Origin: Glycera tridactyla
Taxonomy: Eukaryota
Direction: 5' to 3'
DNA length: 64,000 bases
NCBI GenBank assembly: GCA_965644265.1
Contig: OZ286467.1
Coordinates: 61,628,001-61,692,000, forward strand
In this document: positions 51,536 through 62,920 of the stretch, piece after piece
Numbering within the stretch: position 1 is the first letter of the stretch
Layout of the letters: each line of letters opens with the position of its first letter
The notes under the pieces: generated by a model
Databases searched by the model: none
Seen by the model: the letters and a program-made list of their open reading frames with translations, nothing else
Told to the model about the DNA's origin: nothing
Made by a program: the position numbers and the translations under genes

Positions 51536-51998
51536 AGTGTGTATACGTCCTATTTCTGACATGTATATATTATGTTATGTCATATATACACTAACAAGTT
51601 GTCGCACTTGCTTTTCTCATAATTGACATGGACATATATGCCATACAGATTCTAGTCCATCGGGCGTACGATTGAATACCCCCCCTCCTCTCTCTCTGTC
51701 TTACTCTCTATCTCTCTCTTAATCCCATCTTTCTCTCTCTCGCTCTTACCCTCTCTCTCTCTGTCTCTGTCTCTCTCCCTCTTTTTCTTTTATTGTTCAC
51801 ACTATCACACTATATCGACAATTCAGTGAACACTACTTTACAAACTTCACTGTCGGTGAGACCTCAAGACCCGGTTGCCAGAATCCAGTCTCGATACACC
51901 GTCTGAATACAGGGGAGTTCCTCTCCCACGAAGACCAATCATTATTTCATCATGGTGCATGTATTTCAGTGGCAATCATACATTGTGCTCGTTTTATA

Positions 51999-52250
51999 GC
52001 AAGACTATATGGCCGTGAAGTAAAAACGCAATACCAAACGAGGTTTGAATTTTACAGGATGTCTCGAGGCCGAAGGCCGAGTGACATCCCGAGAAATTCA
52101 CACCAAGTTTGGTATTGCATTTTTACCTCACGGTCATATATTCTTGCTCTTATCACATGGAGTAAGGGAGAAATTGTCTGAAAGTAGTTCTCATTCAGCT
52201 GTGAATTATCACATGCAATACTCAAACCTGATACTTCACTGAAAATCGCA
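51999..52250 (+). mobile_element. Palindromic repeat family D
   Basis: Imperfect palindrome of about 150 bp (51999-52147) centred on GGCCGAAGGCC; the right flank is shared with 33595-33812. Confidence 0.75.
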
Positions 52251-52391
52251 CATCCATGTGATAAAACATATTTCTGATCCTCATTTCTCAGAATGTTCAC
52301 TTGCATGGTCCGACAGATTGCTTGCTCCTGCTAGCAGGGGAGTTGCAGGTGACAGTCTCTCAACCACTCAGATGATTCACGTCTTGAGCTT

Positions 52392-52790
52392 CAGATGTAC
52401 AGAGATGTACATGAAAGCTTATTGTAGAAGAATGAATCAAATAACTGAAATCAAAGCTCACAACAGATGTGACGTTGCGGCTGAAACCTTCAAACAGCAC
52501 GGGATACCTAGCACAAAGAGGTGCAGATGTACACAGATCTACATGAAAGCTTATTGTAGAAAAGTAAATCAGATAACTGGAATCAGAGCTCACAACAGAT
52601 GTGACGTCGCGGCTGAAACCTTCAAGCAGCACGGGAGACCTAGCACAAAGAGGCACAGATGTACACAGATGTACATGAAAGCTTATTGTAGAAACATGAA
52701 TCAAATAACTGGAATCAAAGCTCACCACAGATGTGACGTTGCAGCTGAAACCTTCAAACAGCACGGAAGACCTAGCACAAAGAGGCGCAG
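52392..52790. repeat. 132-bp tandem repeat, 3 copies
   Basis: Units start at 52392, 52524 and 52656. Confidence 0.93.
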
Positions 52791-53447
52791 GAATCAGCAG
52801 TCTCCAACCACATCAAATCCACAGGGCACCAATTCAGGGACTCAAATGTGTTGATTTTGGAAAGTGAACGAAGATGGTTCGAACGTGGTGTGAAAGAGTC
52901 CATATAAAAGATGATGGAGATACCATCACTGAACAAAAGAGAAAAGCTGGGACCAGGCGCTACGAGGGGTTCCCCGCCGTCTTTCACGTGACAGCCCTAA
53001 TAGAGTACATCGTCTATAGAAGGCTGAAGGTGTCTGCTGCAACGTCAAATTCGTTGTGAGTTTTGATTCCAGTCATTTGATTTATTTTTCTACAAGGAAA
53101 TTAGACGATGACTAATAACAATCATCAACATATAAAAGCTTATTTGTTGTCTTCTGTGACACCCTGGCCAAGAAATGAAAGGCGCAATGCAGATGGTCGG
53201 GTGTAAGTACTTGTCAGTGCAGACAGACTTATACTCACATAACATACAATTGGAAAAATATGTAACGTACTCGCTCATATAGCTGGATGGAGGCTGACAC
53301 TAACACCTGGAATTATTCAAATTCAACAGAGTTATTAAGTTCGACTGTAGTGACTACCGGGTTTCATTTTGCTATGTCTCATTTGCAAGTGTATATATAC
53401 TGAAGATGGGGTATACCTGTAGGTTGGTTGTAATAGTGTCGCAGCCA

Positions 53448-54209
53448 CTCATGTCGTTAATGCAGTTTTGACTGCATTGTTGACACGCACTGACACATGC
53501 TGGGGATTCTTATATCTTAACATGATGAAAGGGAATGATCTCAAGATAAATGTAATATGTGTATACAAACATGACTGGGCTTCAAAATAGGTTGGTTTAA
53601 TTAACTGTATCCAAGGTTATGGTTGCCATGGCAACCAACAAAGTAGAGAATTCTCTCTGAAATTATACATTTTGCAATTTCGCCATGAGTTTCCAGCTAA
53701 TAGATATGAATGTTGCATGTAATTATATTCAGATACTTGGCCTCTAAAAGATCCTATGGGGGGCTACTTGAATTTCCTTGTAGTTTTCACAATTTTCAAT
53801 GACAAATGCCCTCTGATTTTGAAAAATGACCTTTTTCCATCTTTATCCCATGATATTTTGGAAAAATATTCCAAAATCTCAGTAGCCCCCCCCCCCCCCT
53901 ATGAACTGATAGAGACCTCCAAGATGAACAAAATAATGTGCTCCTTCTGTATGTAACCCCCCAGGACTCATTCCGGATTTCAAAAATGTGTTTTTTCAGG
54001 TTGAATTTCTTGGTTGCCATGGTTGCCATGGCAACCAAACTCTGAACTAATTTAATGAACTCTGTTCAAATAAAAGCTGAACCTTTCAGGTCATATTATG
54101 ATCAGAAATGTTCCATGTAATACAAAGATATTCATGCTCAAAATATAAAATAAACATGAATGAGCAGGATCAGGTTTGAATATACCATAGATTGCATTAA
54201 TGACATGAG
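53448..54209 (+). mobile_element. MITE family F (about 760 bp) copy 1, containing two RFX X-box palindromes
   Basis: TIRs CTCATGTCGTTAATGCA / TGCATTAATGACATGAG with CA on both sides; near-colinear with 55705-56460. Confidence 0.85.
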
Positions 54210-55092
54210 CAACCTGTTGAATGTAGTTTCTGATAGGCGATAGGCATCCACACCATCACCCAGACAAGTGGCAAGTGGAGATATGATTATAGCCAGATAA
54301 TTATATTACTGCCGGGAGAATCCACCAATTCACCAATTAAATACATGGTTGGAGCCATTTCCAAAGGGGCAATTGGCTGAATAGGTGGAAGGGTCTATGC
54401 CGAGTACAAAAATACCACAGATGTCGCCAGGCGAGTACCATTAGTCGTGTCAGAATTGTTTATTCAGGAGACTCGAAATATGATATCGACGTTTCCGTCC
54501 GTCAGTTGAGACATCTACTCGTTTAAGTCGTGACCGATGGTTGTGCCATTTCGGGTAAACACTGAAACTTTAGCAGAAACTTGAGACGTTCACTTTGAGC
54601 TTTCTGCATCCATGATTAACAGACTATCCTACATTATGACTCCCTTGCGGTACATAAATCTCCACGCGAATAGAATAAGATACTTAAATCACCGAAGAAT
54701 TCTCGGAAGATGCCTGCTTCCGTGCAACAATCGTGAGACTACAAATAGATATGGTGTCCATGTCTATACCAGCGCATGAGTGAACGGATATTAGTAGAAA
54801 CAAATTGTTGTCAAACCCATTCCTGAAGGCAGTAAAACTCGACGCCCAAGTGAATCTCAGTAGATGATCAGGCAACCATCTTGAACATTCCTGGATTATG
54901 AAAGGGTGTTCCTATTGCCCAGCATTCGATCGATGCAATCATTAATATGACACCATCATCAAAGACTAAGTATCTGATAATTTCCAAGAAAGTGCATAAA
55001 TGTTTCATAAAGATTGACAGTATCGTACGTTTCTCGCCAGGGAATATCAAGACCGGAAATATGGTATACTACTGGAAATAATGCTCATTATC

Positions 55093-55303
55093 TTTCTATG
55101 TATTGATCATCATGATAATCGAGGCAGGAATAAACTGTCCCTTTTCTTTCTATGTATTGATCATCATGATAATCGAGGCAGGAATCAACTGTCCCTTTTC
55201 TTTCTATGTATTGATCATCATGATAATCGAGGCAGGAATAAACTGTCCCTTTTCTTTCTATGTATTGATCATCATGATAATCGAGGCAGGAATAAACTGT
55301 CCC
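55093..55303. repeat. 54-bp tandem repeat, 4 copies
   Basis: Units start at 55093, 55147 and onward. Confidence 0.93.
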
Positions 55304-55704
55304 TAAACGGCTGGACTATCACGGATTACGATAAATTACTTCTTTTTACAAAGGTCTGGGAAGTTAGACCAGTGGGGTCCTCAGTATTCTAAGGTCTAAT
55401 CTAATTTTCAGCGACAAGGCGATAGGGATTATAATGGTCTGCCTCCCATTGTGAAGGATACAACAAGTCTTCCTGTATTTAAAAGACATCTGCACGACCC
55501 AAGGCAGTCTGTCATCTTCTTCAATGACAATATGCAAGTTAAGGTAAATTTCATTGGAGGATGAAACTATATCTGACTCTTGGCGTTCGGTGAATACAGT
55601 CACCCTTCTCACTGGGCCTCTCTCTTCCTCTAAACGAGTGTATGCACATGATTGGGATGCACAACCCCTCTACTTGCATAAAGCATCGTCTACTGTCTCT
55701 TGTA

Positions 55705-56460
55705 CTCATGTCGTTAATGCAGTTTTGACTGTATTGTTAACAGGCACTGACACATGCTTGGGATTCTTAAATTCCAACATGATCAAAGGGAATGATCTCA
55801 AGATCAATGTAGTATGCGTATAAAAACATGACTGGGCTTCAATGTAGGTTGGTTTAATCATCTGTATCCAAGGTTAAGGTTGCCATGGCAACCAACAAAG
55901 TAGAGAATTCTCCTTGAAATCATACATTTTGCAATTTCGCCATGAGTTTCCAGCAGATAGATATGAATGTTGCATGTAATTATATTCAGATACTTGGCCT
56001 GTAACAGATCCTATGGGGGGCTACTCGAATTTCTTTGTAGTTTTCTCAATTTTCAATGACAAATGCCCTCTGATTTTGAAAAATGACCTTTTTCCCATCT
56101 TTATTCCATGATATTATGGAAAAATATTCTGAAATCTCAGTAGCCCCCCCTATGAACTGATAGAGACCTCCAAGATGAACAAAATAATGTGCTCCTTCTG
56201 TATGTAACCCCTCAGGACTCATTCCGGATTTCAAAAATGTGGAATTTCAGGTGGAATTTCTTGGTTGCCATGGTTGCCATGGCAACCAAACTCTGAACTA
56301 ATTTGTTGAACTCTGCTCGAATAAAAGCTGAACCTTTCAGGTCATATGATGATCAGAAAAGTGCCATTTAATATGAAGATATTCATGCTCAAAATATGGA
56401 ATAAACATGAATGAGCAGGGTCAGGTTTGAATATACCATAGATTGCATTAATGACATGAG
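55705..56460 (+). mobile_element. MITE family F copy 2
   Basis: Same TIRs; TA target duplication at 55703-04 and 56461-62. Confidence 0.87.
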
Positions 56461-57017
56461 TAGTGTTTATCCATTTATTTTCTCACGAGTTTTGATAAGA
56501 TGTACCTGCCTTTACATTGAGCAACTTTATCTGTCTTGCAGGTATCTTGTATTTGGGATTTTGTCGTATGTTATGTTTCACATATTTGGTATGGAAATGA
56601 GCGATTATACTTCCTCATATCCGAAACAAAGTTTATTGAATCCTAAAATCCTTTTTGAAAAAAATTCTTTCCTGGTAACAACATTTGGTCAGGTAATAAA
56701 GTTAGTTTTTTGCTCCCATCATCAGTATCAATATCTCATCGAGGTGAAGATATCACCATCCAATTATACTCACTATGCAGTATGACCCTATCCATCTCAG
56801 CTCGAGTAGCAAGAGAAGCTTACACTTTCTCTGATGCTTCACCACACTGTGTCCGTTCTCTTGATACATGTAGCCACAGTTTTGACGTGAGTTCATCGTG
56901 ACGTCACGAGATCACGCACTGACTGAATACAAAGAACGTAATTTGATGACGAAATCAGTTCAACCAAATGTCTGGACATTCCGCCCACATAGCGGCAGTC
57001 CTTTCGAGGAACAAATC

Positions 57018-57460
57018 TGAATTCTGTCAAGTGTGAGCGGGGCGGGTACGTTTTAGACCCTAGAATCGCGAATTCACTTCCCATAGAAAAGGGACTTGGG
57101 GACAGAACTTGCTGTGATCTCCAACGAATAGAAATGTGATCACGCCGAAGTATACTTGTTTATTTCACCCTGGAACACCAAATGTGTCAATTTCACGCTG
57201 GTTTCACGCTGTGTGAGGCGGCCGCATCTCCACTGTTTCGCATACGAATAATCGCCGATGATGGCGGCGGATTCGTTGAGAAAATGCAATGAAATGATGA
57301 CGCAATCCTCTTCTAAAGCATACAGACCATCCGAGACTAGGTTCGATAATCGCCGGGAGATCTGTCCAATCTATTCGTGCCATCAGGAGTCAAATTAGAC
57401 GAAAATTGACGGAGTTAGCGTCTGAAATGTACCCGCCACATTTGGATTAGACGGAGTTTG
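57018..57460 (+). mobile_element. MITE family B copy 3 (more diverged)
   Basis: Homologous to 14095-14540. Confidence 0.75.
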
Positions 57461-58512
57461 CACGATGATGAGGTATTTCGGGGACGGCGTCGAGATGTTA
57501 AAGGTCCTGGCCCAGGAAATGACCTGATTTGGACCCTGTCTGTATTCCGGAAGCCGCTTAGTCATCCAGTGTACTAGTATGCAGTGACTAGCATAGAATC
57601 GATCTTGTTTTCGAGAATGATGGCTTTATGATTTGTGTGGACCGGTTGGTCGTCGTTTTACGTGATATAAGCCCCGTTCGGGCTATATTGAGACTCATAT
57701 GTCATGGATGGGATGAACCAAGACTCTACCGTAAGGATTTCCAAAGGAATGTGAACATCCATGAAATATACAGACACTCATATATCAGGTGGGTTGACCT
57801 TGGTATTACCCCGTGAACATGGGATCAATGCACCTTGCTACCATTAGGTTTTATAGGATAGGCTAATCTGTATGCACTTGACTTACACCTGATATGACCA
57901 GTCCTGAAGGGCTTCAAGATGTCGTGTCATGTCATAGCGTGTTTATCCAGAAAGTTGACATCGGAGAGGTGCATTTTATTCACGGATGACTGCGTGTCCA
58001 TTGACTGAAAATAAGGTCTTTTGCCAGATTGTGATGACATATCCGTCGAGATTATCAAGACACTCTTGCTATGATCCGTTCAGCTTGAATAGTCCAGCTG
58101 AAACGAACAACTCTGACCCTGCTCTTTTTTCCGTTTCATGATACGTAGGCGTTGGGTCGTCACCATTCGGAAATCCCTTCATCTGGCAATGATGTCCGAT
58201 TATTTAGCCCCTTGCCGGAGTACTTCTGGTTGCTGAAAACAACATTGGGTTATTGGGGAAATATTACTTGTTCATTTGCTTGAGTTATATTGTTCGATTC
58301 ATAATAGGGTACTATGAATGATTTTGATCGGAGCGACAAGAGTTCTTTTCATGAATTAGAAGGTTTTTGGACAGTATGATAACTTCACAGAAGATGTGAG
58401 CCGTCCAAAGCTGGATTGGCATGAGTAGGTGACTATCCATCGCGAACTCGCGCTGTCCATATACATACGTATTAACAACGTCTATAGACCCAATATATCG
58501 CCCGGTTGGGCC

Positions 58513-59088
58513 TCACAGTTTGACGGTGGACGTATCTGGATCTACTATAACGGGATAACATACGCCGTCCCTCTTTCTTGTCTTCTTCTTGGCTGACAAC
58601 TCGAGCGCATCGGGAACGTCATTCGTATAAGCCTTGTTGACACCTCGCGAAATCTCCGTATTCACCGTCGTATAGTCCGAACGGTTGATTGAATAGTCGC
58701 TGCGCGCGCCTGCACTCCGCTCGTAGTACCCTAAACGTTCCACCAGGCGGCGCGGCAATACACTCGATAGTACTCCGTGCAGACACTTGATATTGGCATT
58801 AAATAGGAGAAAAACAAAGGGGTTCGTGGCGGAATTACTGACCGCCATTGCACCCAAGACGGCCGCTAGAAGTGGATTCACTTTCGTGTGGTCACCGTAG
58901 GAATAGATCAGCTCCAGAATCGGATAGGGCATCCCGCAAAGGATGAAGTTTATCACCATGACGACGGTCATCTTCAATGTTTTGATCTTGGCTTTTGGCA
59001 GCGAGCTCGACTGCGTGCTCTGCAGATGAATTTTACCAGGTTTCATTGTAACCTTTTTGGACTGTGATTCCTTGGCCTTATCTGCAAT
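58513..59088 (-). CDS. Terminal exon of a class A peptide GPCR (ICL3-TM6-TM7-C-tail), vasopressin/GnRH/CCAP superfamily, GPR150-like
   Basis: Acceptor TTCTGCTTGTAG| at 59090-59089, phase 0. Translation: IADKAKESQSKKVTMKPG...SSLPKAKIKTLKMT...FILCGMPYP...LGAMAVSNSATNPFVFLLF...*. Confidence 0.92.
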   Translation of the reverse strand: MADKAKESQSKKVTMKPGKIHLQSTQSSSLPKAKIKTLKMTVVMVINFILCGMPYPILELIYSYGDHTKVNPLLAAVLGAMAVSNSATNPFVFLLFNANIKCLHGVLSSVLPRRLVERLGYYERSAGARSDYSINRSDYTTVNTEISRGVNKAYTNDVPDALELSAKKKTRKRDGVCYPVIVDPDTSTVKL

Positions 59089-59749
59089 CTACAAGCAGAA
59101 GAAACAATCATGTGAAAATACGAAAATTATTTTAAATAGTCGCGGTTATGACTGGAAAAAGATAATTCAAACCCAAGCAAGATATGATTCATTATTCCCT
59201 AGGTTAGAACACTAATGAAGCAAGGACCATCTCACAACCCTACTTATTTAGTGGCCTTTCAGAAAGCAGCATTCTCAACGGGATCTCATATTGTCATATT
59301 CAAATGATGTTCGTTCGAGGTGCTTCCATTCACAATAAAATCTCTGATAATTACATGAAATATTTTCCTCTGATAATTTTTTTCTCCGAAATATGAGCGA
59401 TAAAATATCAACATCTCATTCGATAAATCAATAATAGATACGAACATTCATGCTGTGGATTGATGAATCATGTCTTGATGGGTCAAAAAATAGCTAGTTC
59501 GATGTACCTACCATCATCATAACAACAATTGTAAGGTGAGGAATTACTTGGTTTCTGCTGGGATGAACGACAAACCCTCTGCTCAATTTTCTTCTCTTTC
59601 TATAGCACCTGTCTTCACCCTCGATATTCGTTGGCTATTTTGTATGATATCATATGAGAGAGGCGGGAACAAAATACGTGTGAACAGATCATGACTGGTG
59701 GACTCATCAGATCTAGGTGCAAATACCTTTAATTGAGAATGATTGAGTA

Positions 59750-59927
59750 CAGTTGAACCTCCTCTAAAGACCACCTCTCTATAAAGACCACCTCCCTGTA
59801 AAGACCGCCCTGAACTTCGACCGTGATAGTATTTTCAACAGTAAATGAACTCTCTATGAAGACCACCTCCCTATAAAGCCCACGTTCTGATGCGACCAAA
59901 GGCGGTCTTTATAGGGAGGTTCGACTG
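59750..59927 (+). mobile_element. MITE family A copy 5 (in the GPCR intron)
   Basis: TA|CAGTTGAACCT...AGGTTCGACTG|TA. Confidence 0.88.
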
Positions 59928-61724
59928 TATTATCAAAGGGAGCTCAATATAATCCAGTCAGAAATTTCTTTTCTGAATGGAGTCGTGAATAAACCTATAT
60001 CGAAACATTTTGGATGATGATTAAATAAAGAAAGTAAGACATAGTCTGGCCGCAGTCGGCAATTTTATCGACGGGTAACTGTGTGGCAGAAAGGTCGGTC
60101 TACAGCTATAACTAATATCTGATTGAGAATTGACAATTGGAAAAAACTTTATTTCGCTCCAGAGTGGAAAGTTACAATGACTATTTCTCCCCATTGGGAG
60201 CACAAACAAACTTCTCGTGTTTGTCAGTGATCAACAGCGTGAAATGTCATCTTTGATCTATATAATAACATTCACATCTCTGGATGAATGTACATAGGTA
60301 TATTGAGTAAATGAGTATTCATCGGTTTCTCGTAGTTGAAGTGTCACCAATCGTTAGATTGAGTTTGAGCTTCTTTCCGGTTTTCTTCCGCAGAAGCAGA
60401 TTCTCTTCATGCCTCCCTATTATCTAAGAGATTTTGGAGGAAATGAGCAGATCACCAGAGGAAGATGATCACATGTCGAGCTACAGAGTGTAATTAATAC
60501 CACCTCTCGTCCTATAAATATTTGATCTAACATGATTCATGATACAGGTTTATGTGGGCGTTCATGTTGAGCGAAGGTGGGTGTTACTCATCAACAGCGC
60601 AATATGGCATCTTAATACCAAGTCAAGTCTTCAAAATGACTCGCAAGGCATTCCATCCCCAGTATGAGTGCGGATGAATATCAAATGATCAGACACACAA
60701 CCCAGCACGACGCCATCCATATTTCACATGCCGAGAAGTTTGTTTGTCAGTTCCTATTAACACTATCACCTCACAGCACCACGTATTTTGTGTTTTTATG
60801 TTCTTTGAGGGCTTGGTATCTTATGTCCCACAGGTTCCACCCATGGATTCCCTGAACACAAGATGACGTAGGATCAGAAAGGTTGTCGGGTGAAAGTAGA
60901 CGACATACATCGATATATCTGTCCATGTAACTGGCTGAGAGCTGAGACTCCATCCTGGAACCGATCTTTTCCTTTGAGAAATAGATCACATTTACAGAAT
61001 ACTTGATATGAAGTCAAAAGCCTGAACGATAGAAACACGCTAGCGCGGACCGTAATACACCAACCCGTCAAATAATCGCTAACTTCACTCTCATAGCTTG
61101 GACCAGCTAAAAATAACTCGCCCCTCATTTTCTGTACAATGAAATCACACTCTCTAGTAAGACCCTGAAATCGGCTACCTGAGCCTCACATACGATCGCT
61201 GAGTATGGGAAGAACATGGTGTTAGCTGTGACGAGTATGCATGAAATGTTCTGTCTTCATTTGATATCAATAAACAAACTTCACCTTGTTGAGAGGAAAG
61301 TTCACTTGTTATACTGGTCATGTTTTGCCTTTTCCCTGGCGGTACTCATGTAGATTTTTGCAAGCCCGACCAGCATTATTAAAATTTTTTATCATTATAA
61401 TTATTATCACTATCATTATCATCATCATCAAAAATTACAATAGTCATCATTATCACAATTGTTAGCAAGATTGTTCTATGATTCGTCTACCTAATGATAT
61501 TATTCCATGCTCCTTCCATCAGTCTCGACCCCGCCATCTTTAGGTATATACGCATTGCAATATCGGCTATTATGTGTCTCACGTAACACACTTTATTGTG
61601 ATACATGTAATACTAACAAATGATATATGTTTAATGTTCCCTGATTGGGAGATATATGTCAGGTATTGACCTCCTCATGTAGAATGAAAATAAAGAAATG
61701 TTATGCTATGTTATGTTACTCCTT

Positions 61725-62190
61725 CATTAGTGGAGTCAGCTATGAAAGGTCGGCCATTACTGCTTCATCAGTAGAGTCAGCTATGCAAGGTCGACATTTA
61801 CTGCTTCATTACTGGAGTCAGCTTTGCAAGGTCGACCATTACTGCTTCATTAGTGGAGTCAGCTTTGTAAGGTCGGTGATTACTGCTTCATCAGTGGAGC
61901 CAGCTCTGCAAGGTCGACAATCACCGCTTCATTAGTGGAGCCAGCTCTGCAAGGTCGACCATTACTGCTTCATTAGTTGAGTCAGCTTTGCAAGGTTGAC
62001 CATTACTGCTTCATTAGTAGAGTCAGCTATGCAAGGTCGGCCATCACTGCTTCATTAGTTGAGTCAGCTTTGCAAGGTCGATCATTACTGCTTCATTAGT
62101 GGAGTCAGCTTTGCAAGGTTGACCATTACTGCTTCATTAGTAGAGTCAGCTTTGCAAGGTCGGCCAGTACCCCTTCATCAGTGGAACCAG
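61725..62190. repeat. 41-bp minisatellite, about 11 copies (in the GPCR intron)
   Basis: Unit CATTACTGCTTCATTAGTGGAGTCAGCTTTGCAAGGTCGAC. Confidence 0.92.
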
Positions 62191-62674
62191 CTTGATTAGT
62201 GCTGCTATTTGATAAGGCAAATGATTGCGCAGTAGACGTGCGCAGCTTTTGTGGATTGTCCGAGTAACAGTCCCACCTTCCAGCTCAGTGGAAATACGCA
62301 TGTGGTTACCCTACATTCATAGCCGCTCTGAAGTTTAAATGCACGAAGTACGCAACGTAATGTATAATTGAACAACGTAATGATATTGCGGAAAAAGACC
62401 CATCATCGACGCTGTTTTCCGTGTCGTACCGATGATCTGAAAAAAGAATTGGTGGTCGAGAGAAAGAAGTAGCCGAAATACAGTAATCTGAATACGTTTA
62501 CATCTTTTGCACACTTTATTCTCGATCATGCAAAGATTTGTTTCTTCAGAGAGGTGACTTTCGCATAAGGTTGGTTCAAAGGATGTACCACAATCACAGG
62601 TATAAGAGGCAGTGGTTGGAGTCCGCGAGAAGTTCCATTTCTGATTGGATTACTGATCAAGCTTGTGCTCTCAC

Positions 62675-62920
62675 CTTCAGGAAAATCCGAACGTAGCAGA
62701 AGAGAATGACGAGGAAAGGGACGAAGAAGACGATGATGTCGATGAAGGTGATGTATGCCTGTCGTTCAGCCAGTGGTCTATGTCTCCAGATGGACTCACA
62801 GACTGTTATGTTGTAGAAGGGGCTTTTTGGGTTGTCAATAAAATTCACGTTATAGATAGCCAGCTGTGGCAATGAAAGCAATCCAGCCCAGCCCCATCCA
62901 CACAGCGTCATCTTCCACAC
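62675..62920 (-). CDS. Internal exon of the same GPCR (TM4-ECL2-TM5, 82 codons)
   Basis: Acceptor TGTTTGTTTCGGACAG| and donor AAG|GTGAGA, both phase 0. VWKMTLCGWGWAGLLSLPQL...VCESIW...FFVPFLVILFCYVRIFLK joins in frame to the terminal exon. The 5' exons must lie beyond the window. Confidence 0.92.

Noticed and set aside
10010-62190. Tandem arrays as possible CRISPR-like loci
   Set aside because: No array has unique spacers between constant repeats, the variable parts are homologous and reused, there are no cas genes, and the context is eukaryotic.
50837-62190. Hammerhead ribozyme in satellite units (CTGATGA occurs in some 41-bp units on the minus strand; also at 17967, 48857 and 59704)
   Set aside because: No stem II followed by GAAA, and no cleavage-site geometry.
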